A DNA stretch of 57,289 nt, counting the filler, from Sphacelaria rigidula (taxonomy: Eukaryota): assembly GCA_964200075.2 (NCBI GenBank). It is 8 parts of 8 records of this genome, joined end to end, with 100 filler letters (N's around TTAATTAATTAA, not from the genome) between each part and the next. Parts side by side here need not be neighbours in the genome. Positions count along the whole stretch, not along the records: positions 7,175 to 14,248 come from CAXNAA020016624.1; positions 14,349 to 21,422 come from CAXNAA020016625.1; positions 21,523 to 28,596 come from CAXNAA020016626.1; 5 more parts are not named here. The stretch is one strand, 5' to 3'. The notes under the pieces are model-generated. The model did no database searches, had not been told where the DNA came from, and was given only the letters and a program-made list of their open reading frames with translations. Every line of letters starts with the position of its first letter. Position 1 is the first letter of the stretch. This document shows positions 11,981 to 22,935 of this stretch, piece by piece. Both the position numbers and the translations under genes were made by a program.

Positions 11981-12315
11981 TCGGAGCTAATCGGGAGGGG
12001 GAGGGTCATTGATCAATCACTAACACTTGAGATGTGTTTTACGTTGTTCCCTTCTTCCCTTTTGATGCATGTACGAATGCTTGTAACAAGAATGATAACA
12101 TCGGGTTGGGGATAAGTTCATTTGAGTTCCATCCATCCTTGCTGTCTTGCACTTCCGACAACATATAACGCAGCAATCACGTGCATCTATAAACCACATC
12201 GCAGTAGCCCATGGCTACATCTATATATGAGGCAACAGTCTCACCATTGCACGAGTAAGCCAAGTGAAACACTGAATATTCATCGACACTGCCCCCCTAA
12301 CCGTCTCCTTTCAAA

Positions 12316-13258
12316 GGTTGGCGGCCGCTGGGAACGGCGCTGTTAAACACACCACGCATTCCTTAAGCTGGGCAACCAGGTTACCGCATTTGCTTCGCTT
12401 GCGTTTTTTTTGCGGTGACCATGATATTGGCCGAGCTAGATCATATTGTGCAGCGTGGGAGCAAACCTCGGTTCCGACCAAAAACAGCCGATCATCAAAA
12501 TTAAGGATGAAGCTTATATTGAGGATGACAAACCCGGAGAATTAAACACTTCGCATCCACACCAAATATTCGAAATATGATTCCATTCTTGCACCGACTA
12601 GTAGCTGTTAATAAGTACTACACGCCAAACACATGATGACTTCGATAACCAAAATGTTGGGGTCGAAAAACATTTCGGGGAATCTGGGCGATCCGATCGG
12701 ATCATCCAAATTCCCCAAAACTGTTTCTTCACCTAGGACCCTGACATTTTGGTTATGTGTTTGGCGTGTAGTACTTATTAACAGCTACTAGTCGGTGCAA
12801 GAATGGAATCATATTTCGAAGATTTGACGTAAATACGAAGATTTTAGTCCTCCGGGTTCTCATCCTCAACGAAAAGCTCCATCCTCAATTTCGATGATCG
12901 GCTGTTCAAAGGAGATGGTTGTACTACGCGGTGTTGACTGGTGAGACGGACACCCACGAGGCAGTGTGTAAGCGGTGGCTCTATCTAGGAGTGGAAACGG
13001 CAGAAATGAAGCAAGTCATTGTAGGCCGTCATTCATGTACAAGATAATCGATATGTGTCAGGCCGAGCAATCTTCGCAGGATGCAGCTCACCCTCCATGC
13101 GACTCGTCGAACACACGACGGTGTTTCGTGCGTGGTGATTGATTGCGAGCCTGGTCCGGCGAACACTTAGCGTGCTCCACCCCGGTTTTGCAGGGATGCG
13201 AGGTCAATGGTCACATGACTGCTGCATGCAGCATCATGAGTACACCCCCCGTCCCCCA
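12316..13258 (+). mobile_element. SINE-like family A, full-length, interrupted by a foldback MITE
   Basis: Head at 12316. The body resumes at 12907 exactly where it stopped (CCGACCAAA / CAAAGGAGATGG). Tail CATGAGTACACCCCCC. Confidence 0.85.
12483..12906. mobile_element. Foldback MITE (424 bp) with 4-bp TSD
   Basis: Ends AACAGCCGATCATC...GATGATCGGCTGTT, self-complementary over most of its length; TSD CAAA. Confidence 0.88.
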
Positions 13259-13744
13259 CAAGCCGGGGCGGTGATTAGGATCTTGGATCATGACCTCAGT
13301 TCTTTTCACTGCTATCGCTTGCCTCTTATCTATCTTTTAGTGCTGTAAGCGGAGATGAGATTGAACAAGGTACAACAAAACACGTATTTCGCAGCTGTAA
13401 ACAAGCAATTTCGGACAACGAGGAGGCCGGCGAAAGAGGGCACGTTACCCGCCTTAGTACTACCTCCCTCATTATGCCATACTCCAGAAAGTAATTTTTT
13501 GGGAATATCCTGACGAGTTGGGCGTTTTGGCCAAAATTCGGCATGCGTAATATATGCCGACGATTTCAGCCAAAAATTGATGAAAAGGCCGTCAAGCAAA
13601 TTTTGGATGGCGTTTTGCGGCAACTACTGTAACGTGCGGTATATACACCCCTGAAAAAGCAACACACAGATACACACAGATACACACACAAACACAGACA
13701 GATGATTTATCTCAAGGAGAGAGTAAGCCAGGACCCCCTCTCAC

Positions 13745-13925
13745 CCATCCTCGCGAAAGAGTTTCCACCTTCCCGCTTCGTGACCGGCTTCGCTGTTTCC
13801 AAGACTGTGGGTGCGGGCGTTGGCATGATAACTGGTGCTATCGTTTCTCCGATCGCGGCGGGTTGCACTGTGAACCACTCCGTCGGGTGTGGTGTGATCC
13901 CCGGGGCGTGGGTCTCGCCGAGCTC
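13745..13925 (-). CDS. Candidate exon: Pro/Thr-rich stalk of a secreted or cell-surface protein
   Basis: cgcatag acceptor, G|gtgaga donor. Encodes ELGETHAPGITPHPTEWFTVQPAAIGETIAPVIMPTPAPTVLETAKPVTKREGGNSFARM. Confidence 0.5.
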
Positions 13926-14847
13926 CTATGCGGGACGGATGGACGGCGGGAAGGACAGCACGTACGCGAGTGTATGGGGGCGGGTTTACTGCAGTTTAGG
14001 CGCCAACTTTCGATGGGTGATGCATTACTTTGTTGCCGCCCAACGCTAACGGAGTAGACTGGGCAAAAAACATGCATATATATATATATATGTGTGTGTG
14101 ATTCGAAAGAAACGTCTCGAGAACGGCTTCCCAACGACATGCAGACATGTTTGCTGGTGCGTGCGCAAGCTAAAGACTTCAAAACACTATGGAAACATTT
14201 GTCGGATACAAAATGATTTGCGTAGGATGACAGTGGGATGGGGGGGGGNNNNNNNNNNNNNNNNNNNNNNNNNNNNNNNNNNNNNNNNNNNNTTAATTAA
14301 TTAANNNNNNNNNNNNNNNNNNNNNNNNNNNNNNNNNNNNNNNNNNNNATACATGAGGTTTGTAATGAGTCTCTTTTCATGCGAAAGCTGATCGACGCCG
14401 CTGCCTCGGAAAGTATGTTCGTTGACTCGAACAAAAAGAAGGATACATCCGTTATGTCCCCCCCCCCCCCCTCCACCTCTCGGCCGGTTCAGACCGAGGA
14501 AAATGGAGTTGGGGTCCAGGGTTTCTTTTTCACCTGCCCTTGGTTACTACGACGTATCCCAGCTTCGTGTTATTTGAATGCGGTGCCACCAATGGTAAGT
14601 AGTTGACACTGTTGGTAGTAGGAGCGGCGTGTTCATAAATGCCTGCCTGGGGCATCTGCTTGTCGCGGTGAATGCAGCAGGGCGATATACGCAGGACGAC
14701 GTCATGCTTGTATACTGTACAACTGGTGCATACAGCATGGAAGTTTCGTAGTAGTAGTGCGGATCAGTAAAACCTCGGCAGTAGTCACATACGTACCTCC
14801 GCTGAACGCCCTCCGAAACCTCCGGTGACTGTCAGACAAGTGACAGA

Positions 14848-14947
14848 ACAATATTTCCGAGAAATATTTTTGGCATTTTTCGATCCAACGTTTGACCTTG
14901 CCCATCCCCAAAACAAAAACCATCCCGAATTTGTAAGATCCCGTGTT
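14848..14947. mobile_element. Right-end fragment of the foldback family at 44750-45181
   Basis: Ends AATTTGTAAGATCCCGTGTT, identical to the 45181 terminus. Confidence 0.6.
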
Positions 14948-15037
14948 CATAGCGGAAGGTGCACCGTTACCGGCTGTTTTTCTTTTCACTCTGACTCTAA
15001 GATTTGGAAAAACGTTTTCCGAAACTCTCCAATGTCT

Positions 15038-15290
15038 ATGAATTTTTTATGGACGACCTCTCATGCCCCCCGACCTCCTTGAAACTATTTTTGGGGGTTG
15101 CCCGTCTTCCGTGCCCCCAAAGCGTATATGCGAAAGCACCGATTTCGGCTAAAAACGTCCTCTTTTTCGCCCCGATATCGAGGCAGAAAGGTACTTCCGC
15201 ACATACGCTTTGAGGGCACGGAAGACGGGCAACCCCCAAAAATAGTTTTGAGGGGGTCGGGGGGCATGAGGTCGTCCATATGAAATTCAT
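15038..15290. repeat. Long inverted repeat / foldback element
   Basis: ATGGACGACCTC...TTTTTGGGGGTTGCCCGTCTTCCGTGCCC pairs with GGGCACGGAAGACGGGCAACCCCCAAAAA...GAGGTCGTCCAT. Confidence 0.8.
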
Positions 15291-15402
15291 TGATCATGAC
15301 TTCAGGTCAGGGAAAGCACTGTTTTCGAGTTGAACCTCACCCAAATGTTGAACCTCAAAAACAGATCCAGGCTGTTGAAAGGTGCTCGTTGTTGGACTGG
15401 CG

Positions 15403-15813
15403 TGTTCGTGATAGCTGCTGTAGTATCAACTGAGTTGTGTAGAACATCTGATTGGACGATTTGAATAACGGAACTGTCGATTTATAGGTTGATAGGTTAC
15501 CACATATCTGAGAATTGCAAAGAACGTTCGCGGTCCTTTCTGTTGGTCATGTAGGAATACTCTTCGTGGATAATGCATTAGTCCGAGCATGGTTTCTGTG
15601 GTGCGGGGAACAACCCGAGGTTTTTGTGGTACGTAAGGAAGTGCGTTGGTCCGAGTTCCATTGCTGGAATCATGCGGTTTCTCGAGTCTCTGGATTGTAG
15701 ATAATACGGGCTCGCCCACCTTGTTCACTTCACTTTCCCGGCCCGTCTCTGCGGAACAAGGCCTCAATAATACAGTATCATATTTTTCTCCAGAAGTCAC
15801 GAGTTTATCAACA
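15403..15813 (+). repeat. 5' LTR of the copia element (411 bp)
   Basis: TGTTCGTGATAGCTGCTGTAGT...CCAGAAGTCACGAGTTTATCAACA; homologous to 20923-21261. Confidence 0.88.
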
Positions 15814-15899
15814 CGCTATAGCGCATCAATCGACTGCTGCCCCGTCCCCCTGGACTGTGCTTGAGACTATTGAGGGAGGCTTGATCAACCTGCCTCATC

Positions 15900-18800
15900 A
15901 TGGATGGAGTGGGGAATAAGGATTCTTCGGTTGACCCAGCTGATGGTGGATCGCAGGAATTTGTTGAGAGGATTTGTTTTGTAGAGACACAGCTGTCTCA
16001 ACTTATGACTCTAGTATCGTCGTTAGTTGAACAACAGGGAAGGAAAGTGGAGTCCTCTGGTTTTATAGCTGTCGCGCCGGGAGGCAGCGGGCCAGAGACT
16101 AGCATGCATCTTTCTGACGATGCTACTGGTGGGACCGCGGGAAGTACGGGTGGCGATGCCCAAGGCTTAGGCGTGTCCAGCATGTGGGTTGGAAGTAACA
16201 GTCGTGCAGACTCAGGCTTGAATCCTCATGCATTTACTGTAATTCGGTACTGGTGGGATCGCGGGAGGTATGGGTGGCGATGCCCAAGGCTTAGGCGTGT
16301 CTAGCATGTGGGTTGGGAGTAGCAGTCTGGCAGACTCAGGCTTGAATCCACATGTATCTTCTTTAAATCGTTCCTCTATTGCTGCAGTAAACTTTGGTTC
16401 GATCGGGACTGTAGGTGGGGCTTTAGGTCAGTCCTCTGTTCCGCCCGCTCCTTCTCCGTCGAGTAAGTGGTGGGAAAACGTAGCTAGTGGAAACACTCTG
16501 ATTCCTGGGGCTCATATCTGACACGGGAGAGAAGTTGGGTAGGGATCTTTTTTAAGTTCCCAATGCTCCTCTTTTCTGACGGTAACGACGTGTCGTACCC
16601 CTCACGGTCGCAGAACTTCCTGTTGAGTGCCCGACACAACAATCTGTATGAGGCGTTTGTTTTTGCTGCTTGTATTCCGATTGCAGAGATTGATTCCGAC
16701 TCACCAACACCATACTGTTGTTGAAATTTTATACAGCCAGTAACCTAGCTGCTTGTTTCGTTCTGGGTTCTGACTGTAGCAAAGTAGCGGTGCATTAGGT
16801 TCCGGTTTAAAGAGCCGCAGTAATGACCCTGGGTGCAGTACCGTTTCATGTGGATCCTTGATGGTAGATATCTTGGAGTCAAGAAAAATTATGTTTGCGT
16901 GCAACCTGATGCTTGAGGGACTGTCGCACGAGTACAAGAGTTTGCGTGAAGCTCTTGTGGTGTTCTGCCCGAATGATCCATCGTTCGTAGAGAGAAGGAT
17001 CACTTGAGGAAGGACTGCCTGGCTCGCGTGATCGCTAATCCTACCCAGACCGGAAAGTCCGAGAATGCCGAGGATGAGAACGGTACGAGATCTAGCTTGG
17101 TGTTGCTCTCCCAAACCAGCTTGAACAACTCGAGTGATCTGACGTGTCTGGTAGCATTTTACGATGCCATGCTGCGTGAGTGCTTGTTCAGTGATGATGC
17201 TGTTCGTGAATTCTCTTCTCTTGCAAGGAAGGATAGGTGTGTCGAAGATTGGAATACAGACACGGGTACTGCTTTCCACATGACTGATTCTCTCTCTTGT
17301 ATGGAGGACGTGAAGCCTTGCCACAATAACTTAAAAGGGATTGGTGGAGTAACTTGTGAGGTAGCACTCTCTGGAACACTGGAGCTTGTGTTTGTGACTG
17401 CTGACAGCGAATTTTCCGTAGAGTTGGAGAACATGTTGTACTCTCCCAACTTAGGGTATAACCTCTTTTCCCCCAGCGCAGAGTTTGACGGCAGGTCATG
17501 GAATGATCTTGGTGGTCCTGATGGTGTGATGACTGCTTACGACGGACATGTTGCTTTTCAGAACTTCGATGGCATGCTAATTGCGACTGCGTATCGTCTG
17601 GGAGATGACTCTGTTGGTTCGGTGTTGGCGGCCCTCACTCCTTCAAACCCCAAGCACGAAAAGAAGATGGATGTCAATGAGTTCCACGACATTTATACTC
17701 ATTCACACGAGGGATTACTTCGTACTACTGCAAAACGACTAGGTACCGAGTTGACCGGTGACATGCATGCTTGTACGGGATGTTCGATGTCGAAGGCTAT
17801 TCGGAAAGGAATTGCTCATGAAACTCAACGTAGATCGGATCAATAGTTGGGCAGAGTTTTTGTTGACCTGGGAGGGAGGAAGGACGTTGCGTCCGTAGGG
17901 GGTAAACACTACCCCACGGTTGTGAAGGATGATTTCACAAGGCGTGCATGGATGTATTTCCTGAGAAGTAAATCAGACGCTGGGAGTGCTTTCCGAAGTT
18001 TTCTTGCTAGTGTGCGTGCTGATGGAATCCCATCATTGGTTGAGATTGCTAGATCTGACAATGGAGGGGAGGTTTTCGGGGGGAGTTTACATCCGTGTAC
18101 AATAAGCGTTTGATCAAACAAGAGTTCACTCCGACTTACAGTCCCCAGTATAACGGTGTTGCAGAGCGTGGATTGGGATTGATTGCGGAGGCCGCTTTGA
18201 CGGCTCGTATTCAGGCGAAAGTTCTGCTTGGGCATGTGCAGTTATCCAAGACTGACACACTCTGGGCTGTGGTAATGCACTGGGCTTGCGAGGCACGTAA
18301 CCACACAGCGTGCTCTGCTAACCCTGACTCTCAGTCGCTGTATGAGATGTGGTATGGAGAACCTCGTCCTGCTAGACCGTATCGGTTTTTGAAGCTGGCT
18401 TACTGCAGGTGGTAGCGACCGTCTAAGCTGCTACCGAAAGATGAGAGCTGCTTTCATGTCGGTCCTTCGAGAGACCACCCGCGTGATTGTTATAGCTTAC
18501 GAGGGCTGGGACTATTCAGGAAACCATAGATGTGACGTGGGAGGCGTTGCCGTCACAGCTCCCTCATCGCAACCTCCTCTGCGGATTGAGATCGCGGAAG
18601 AGGGAGGGGAGGAAAGTGACGACGATGTAGAAGCTGAAGTATGGCTGCTTGCAGAAAAGGGAATCCAACACATTCGTATTCGTGTGAATCGTGATGCAGT
18701 GTTACCCTATGGTGCAGGAATCGATGAGGTTGGCAGTGTTGATGCATGCAGTGTAGGCCAGTCCCCTTCTGTTCCATTGTTCCCCTCTGTACCGTCTTCG

Positions 18801-20851
18801 CCCGTGAACAACTCCTCTAGTATAACAGCTCCCTCTGTGTTTTCTCCAGCACTTGAGATAGACGGGGGGGGGGCAGGGAGGGCTGGAGACAGGGGAGGTA
18901 GAGACGGCGGATTCGGGAGGGGATGGTGAGGTAAAGTCGATTGAGCCGAAAGGGCATGGTGATGTAGAGTCGATTGGGCCGGGAGGGCAGGAGGTAGAGG
19001 CGGAGGCACCTCCTTCAGCCGCTCGTCGTCCGCGGCATGTCGCTTGCTAATTTTAATACTGATGCGCGTGAGAATGATGAAGTAAGAGAAGGTAGAACTC
19101 GTGCGCAAACTCGTTCAGAATGTTGAGTCAGAGCCCGGTAGCTATCAAGAAGCCCGGCAATCGAAGCACGCCAAGATTTGGGATGGAGCCATGTCTGCAG
19201 AAGTTGAAGGCTTGATACGAGCAGGAATCTTCACGTTAGCAGTAAAGATCCCAGTAGGCTGTAATGTGAATGATGCTAGATAGGTTTTCAAATAGAAAAC
19301 AGACGAAACACGGAAGATGGTGAAGGCCAAGGCTAGGCTTGTAGCGAAGGGCTTCAAACAGAAGTATGGTGTGGACTATCTTGAAACCTTTTCGACGGAA
19401 GATAGTGAAGGCCAAGGCTAGGCTTGTAGCGAAGGTCTTCAAGCAAAAGTATGGTGTGGGTTATGTTGAAAAATTTTCGACGGAAGATAGTGAAGGCCAA
19501 GGCTAAGCTTGTAGCGAAGGGCTTCAAGCAGAAGTATGGTGTGGACTATGTTGAAACTGTTTCGGTGGAAGATAGTGAAGACTAAGGCTAGGCTTGTAGC
19601 GAAGGGCTTCAAGCAGACGTATGGTGTAGACTATCTTCAAACTTTCTCGCCGACTGCAAATGCTGTATCGATGCGATTGCGAGTAGCGTTGGCGTGCAAG
19701 TACAACTTGGAATTACTCTACTGGGATATTGAGCAAGCGTTTGTTCAGTCGGGATTGGATCACGAGGTGTTCATGAAGATGCCTCCTGGCTGCGGATCGA
19801 TGTCAGGAAAGGTTGTCCGTTTGAGCAAGAATTTGTACGGATTGATGCAGGCATCTAGAACATTTTACAAGAGGCTAGTGTCGGACCCGAAAAGAATTGG
19901 TTCCCAGCAGTCTCTGTCTGAGCCCTGTGTCCTGCATTTCATGATGGGAGACGAGGTGGTGGGTATGGTCGTGATTCACGTGGATGACATTTTGTATGCA
20001 GGAACTAAGAGTCTTGCCAAGGTGGTGGTGAAAGCGCTAGGCGATTCTCTTCCTACGAAGAAAGTAGGAGTGTTCTCAAGGGATTTAATATTTGTCGCAC
20101 CAGCTCGATCCCTGTTCCCCTTGCCAACGATAACAGGTCCTTGATGGAGGATGAGGGGGCAGGAGATATGCCGTTCCGAGAGGTGGTGGGGAGCCTGTTG
20201 TGGATCGCCAACCAGACAAGGCCCAACATCTCGAATGCTGTGCGGGCGGTGGCGAGGCACTCTCACGAGTCGAAGAAGAGCCATTGGAAGGCAGACCAGA
20301 AGATTCTGGACTATTTTTTGGAAACGGCACATCTAACTTTGAAGTTCAAGCAGGACAGTACGGTAGATGTAGGCACGTTGGTGTACGTAGATGCCGACTT
20401 TGTAAGTAAGGCCACTGACCGTAGATCAGTCTCGGGAGCGTTGGTTTTTGTGGCTGCCATGCTTGCAGTTTGGATTTCTAGGACGCAGAATTGCGTTTCA
20501 CAGTCGACTTCTGAAGCAGAGTATCTTGCGATGGGTGATGGTGTGAAGGAGGCTTTGTTTGTGAACGGAATGCTTCAGTTCTTGAGGCCTAGTGTGAAGC
20601 CTCGTAAGATTGAAGTACTTGAGGACAACGAGGGTGCGATTGCGCTTGCAGAGAATCCAATTAGCTCATGCAGGAGTACGCACATTGACGTGAGGCACCA
20701 CTTTCTTAGGAATTTAACCGAGGAGAGTGTGATCGAGATCACGCATGTTCCCAGCGAAAAACAGCACGTGGATATTCTCACGAAGGCTCTGCCGAAAGAT
20801 CTTTCTGAAGTTCACCGTGACTTTGCCCTTGGTTTGAGAAATGAAAAGTAG
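15900..20851 (+). pseudogene. Copia gag-pol pseudogene (frameshifts and stops)
   Basis: Protease WNTDTGTAFHMT; HHCC motif (HDIYTHSH...CTGC); integrase VFVDL/DDFTR/RSDNGGE/PQYNGVAER; RT KARLVAKGFKQ/DIEQAF/HVDDIL; RNase H YVDADF/RRSVSG/STSEAEY/EDNEGAI/HIDVRHHF/DILTKAL. Confidence 0.95.
19312..19651 (+). repeat. 85-bp unit x4 inside copia RT (KARLVAKGFKQxYGVDY segment)
   Basis: GGAAGAT starts at 19312, 19397, 19482 and 19567. Confidence 0.92.
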
Positions 20852-20922
20852 AAGTCTGAGTCGTAATTTGGTTTCGTAATATATGTATTTGGTCTGGTAG
20901 ATACGACAGCCCCAAGGGAGGG

Positions 20923-21261
20923 TGTTCGTGATAGCTGCTGTAGTGTCGTATATTTGAGAATTACGAAGAACATTCGCGGTCCTTTCTGTTGCTTGTGTAG
21001 GAATTCTCTTTGTGGATACTGCATTAGTTCGAGCATGGTATTTGTGGTGCGGGGAACAACCAGAGGTTTTTGTGGTACGTAAGGAAGTGCGTTGGTCCGA
21101 GTTCCATTGCTGGAACCATGTGGTTTCTAGAGTCTCTGGGGTGTAGATGACGCGAGCTGGCCTACCTTGCTCACTCCACGTTCCCGGCCCGTCACTTCGG
21201 ACCAGGGTCTCAATAATACAACAATACATCTTTTTCTCCAGAAGTCACGAGTTTACCATCA
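20923..21261 (+). repeat. 3' LTR of the copia element (339 bp)
   Basis: Preceded by the PPT; lacks about 75 bp present near the start of the 5' LTR. Confidence 0.88.
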
Positions 21262-21890
21262 TCCCATTGTTTCTCGTTTCTGCTACGGTACTCCTTCTAT
21301 AGCATCGCCTTCAGTGCTGCACATGAACATCAGATGAGCCCACACTAATACTGCGCCCCTCCCCTTCGGCGCTGCGCGCTTGGTAGTTTGAGTGCAAGCC
21401 TGGTCCGGCGACAACCCGGCGTNNNNNNNNNNNNNNNNNNNNNNNNNNNNNNNNNNNNNNNNNNNNTTAATTAATTAANNNNNNNNNNNNNNNNNNNNNN
21501 NNNNNNNNNNNNNNNNNNNNNNGAAGAGTGCGCTCTTCGTCTCGCTTCGTTTAAGATGGAAAAAAAAAAAAACCGAGTCTGTCCAAAATTACGCTCTTCG
21601 TGTTCGTTCTGTTTCAACACGTTTCGAGAGATCTGTCGAAAGAGCAACCCCTGACCGTACGCCCTGGGCTGCCATGTCTGTCGTTTTGTGGCAAAATGGC
21701 CTCGCACAAGCCATTCAATGCCTACAATTGTCAGAAAAGCCAGTGACCTCCTTCCGTGAGGCTCTAGATCGTGCTAGACGCCACGAGGCCGCTAGTACGT
21801 ACATTGTTTACATGGAAAGCAACTGATCGATCTGTAGCAGTGTAAGATCAAGATTGCTAATCCATCTACAGATGGCGTAGCACTGCATAC

Positions 21891-22520
21891 ATGACCATGT
21901 CTAGGTCACCTGCTCACAGATACTGTCGCAATACCCGACGCAGTCTCAAAGAACGCGCAGGGAAACAAGCGATTGCAAATGAGAAACTGTCGTTTCCCAG
22001 TTTCAAACAAGGCGATAATGTTTTGATACATCGCCCATATCACGAGTCTGACGGCCCCAATCCTAAGCTTTACAGCCCATGGCATGGTCCGTACATAGTC
22101 CGAACGCAGCTGTCACCAGTTACCTACCGAGTCAGTGAACCAAATGACCCTGCGGAAATAACTGTTCACCTTGGTCGCATAAAAAAAATACAACGATCCT
22201 ATATCGTCACCTGTCCCCGACCTTGAAGCGCTCGACGACATATTATTAGGAACAACTCTTCCAGTCCCAGACCGTGACGGTTCAGTGCACAAGGTCACGT
22301 TAGGGCCATATACGGTAGAGTATATTGATGGTCATAAGCGGGGGGTTGGAGCCGGTTCACAAGATAATTTCCGGTATCATCTCAAAATCAAGGATTGGCC
22401 TCCTCAACGTGGAGTATGGCGACATTATCGTACACTTCCACAATGTCACGATATGAGAGAATCATATCGCGCTGCAATTTTGTCCAAGGATCCAGCAGCA
22501 TTTGATTCCCCTCGAAAGAA
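21891..22520 (+). pseudogene. Ty3/gypsy integrase C-terminus (GPY/F motif) plus chromodomain-like segment
   Basis: FKQGDNVLI...KLYSPWHGPYIV...VTYRV...VHLGRIK, then after a frameshift YTVEYIDGHKR...YHLKIKDWP...W. Confidence 0.8.
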
Positions 22521-22935
22521 AAACGGTAGAAGTTCTACTGTAAATGTTTTGGGCTTATTAGTGCACTACAACATACATGTCACATATGTTCAGCAACAAC
22601 TGATGCTCGCCCATTACAGCATGCACCATCAATTGTCTTGAAAAAAAAAATGACAGACGTTTTTTTTTCCCTTATTATCCCATGGATAATTATTACTACA
22701 TGGCTTGTCAAGTGCGAAGTACCACGCACTCGTTGAGGTTTTGCCAGATTTTATCTGCACAATAAAATTGTCTTTCAGTGTTTCCAAACACTGACATTGG
22801 AATAACGTGCCCTGTCCGACATACTCCGTACCACATATCCACCACTCAACATCCCGTATATTTTTATATACGCAAGACCCTCGCACGGTCTACAAGAAGG
22901 ACGTTGATTCACCTCGAGGTGTAAGGGGGGTAGAT

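Larger units (their letters stand above)
15403..21261 (+). mobile_element. Ty1/copia LTR retrotransposon, full-length but degenerate
   Basis: Two LTRs with TG...CA ends, a polypurine tract AAGGGAGGG before the 3' LTR, and PR-IN-RT-RH domain order. Confidence 0.95.

Noticed and set aside
19312..19651. 85-bp repeats as CRISPR or a repeat protein
   Set aside because: The units are copies of the copia RT coding motif, with no spacers and with out-of-frame stops.
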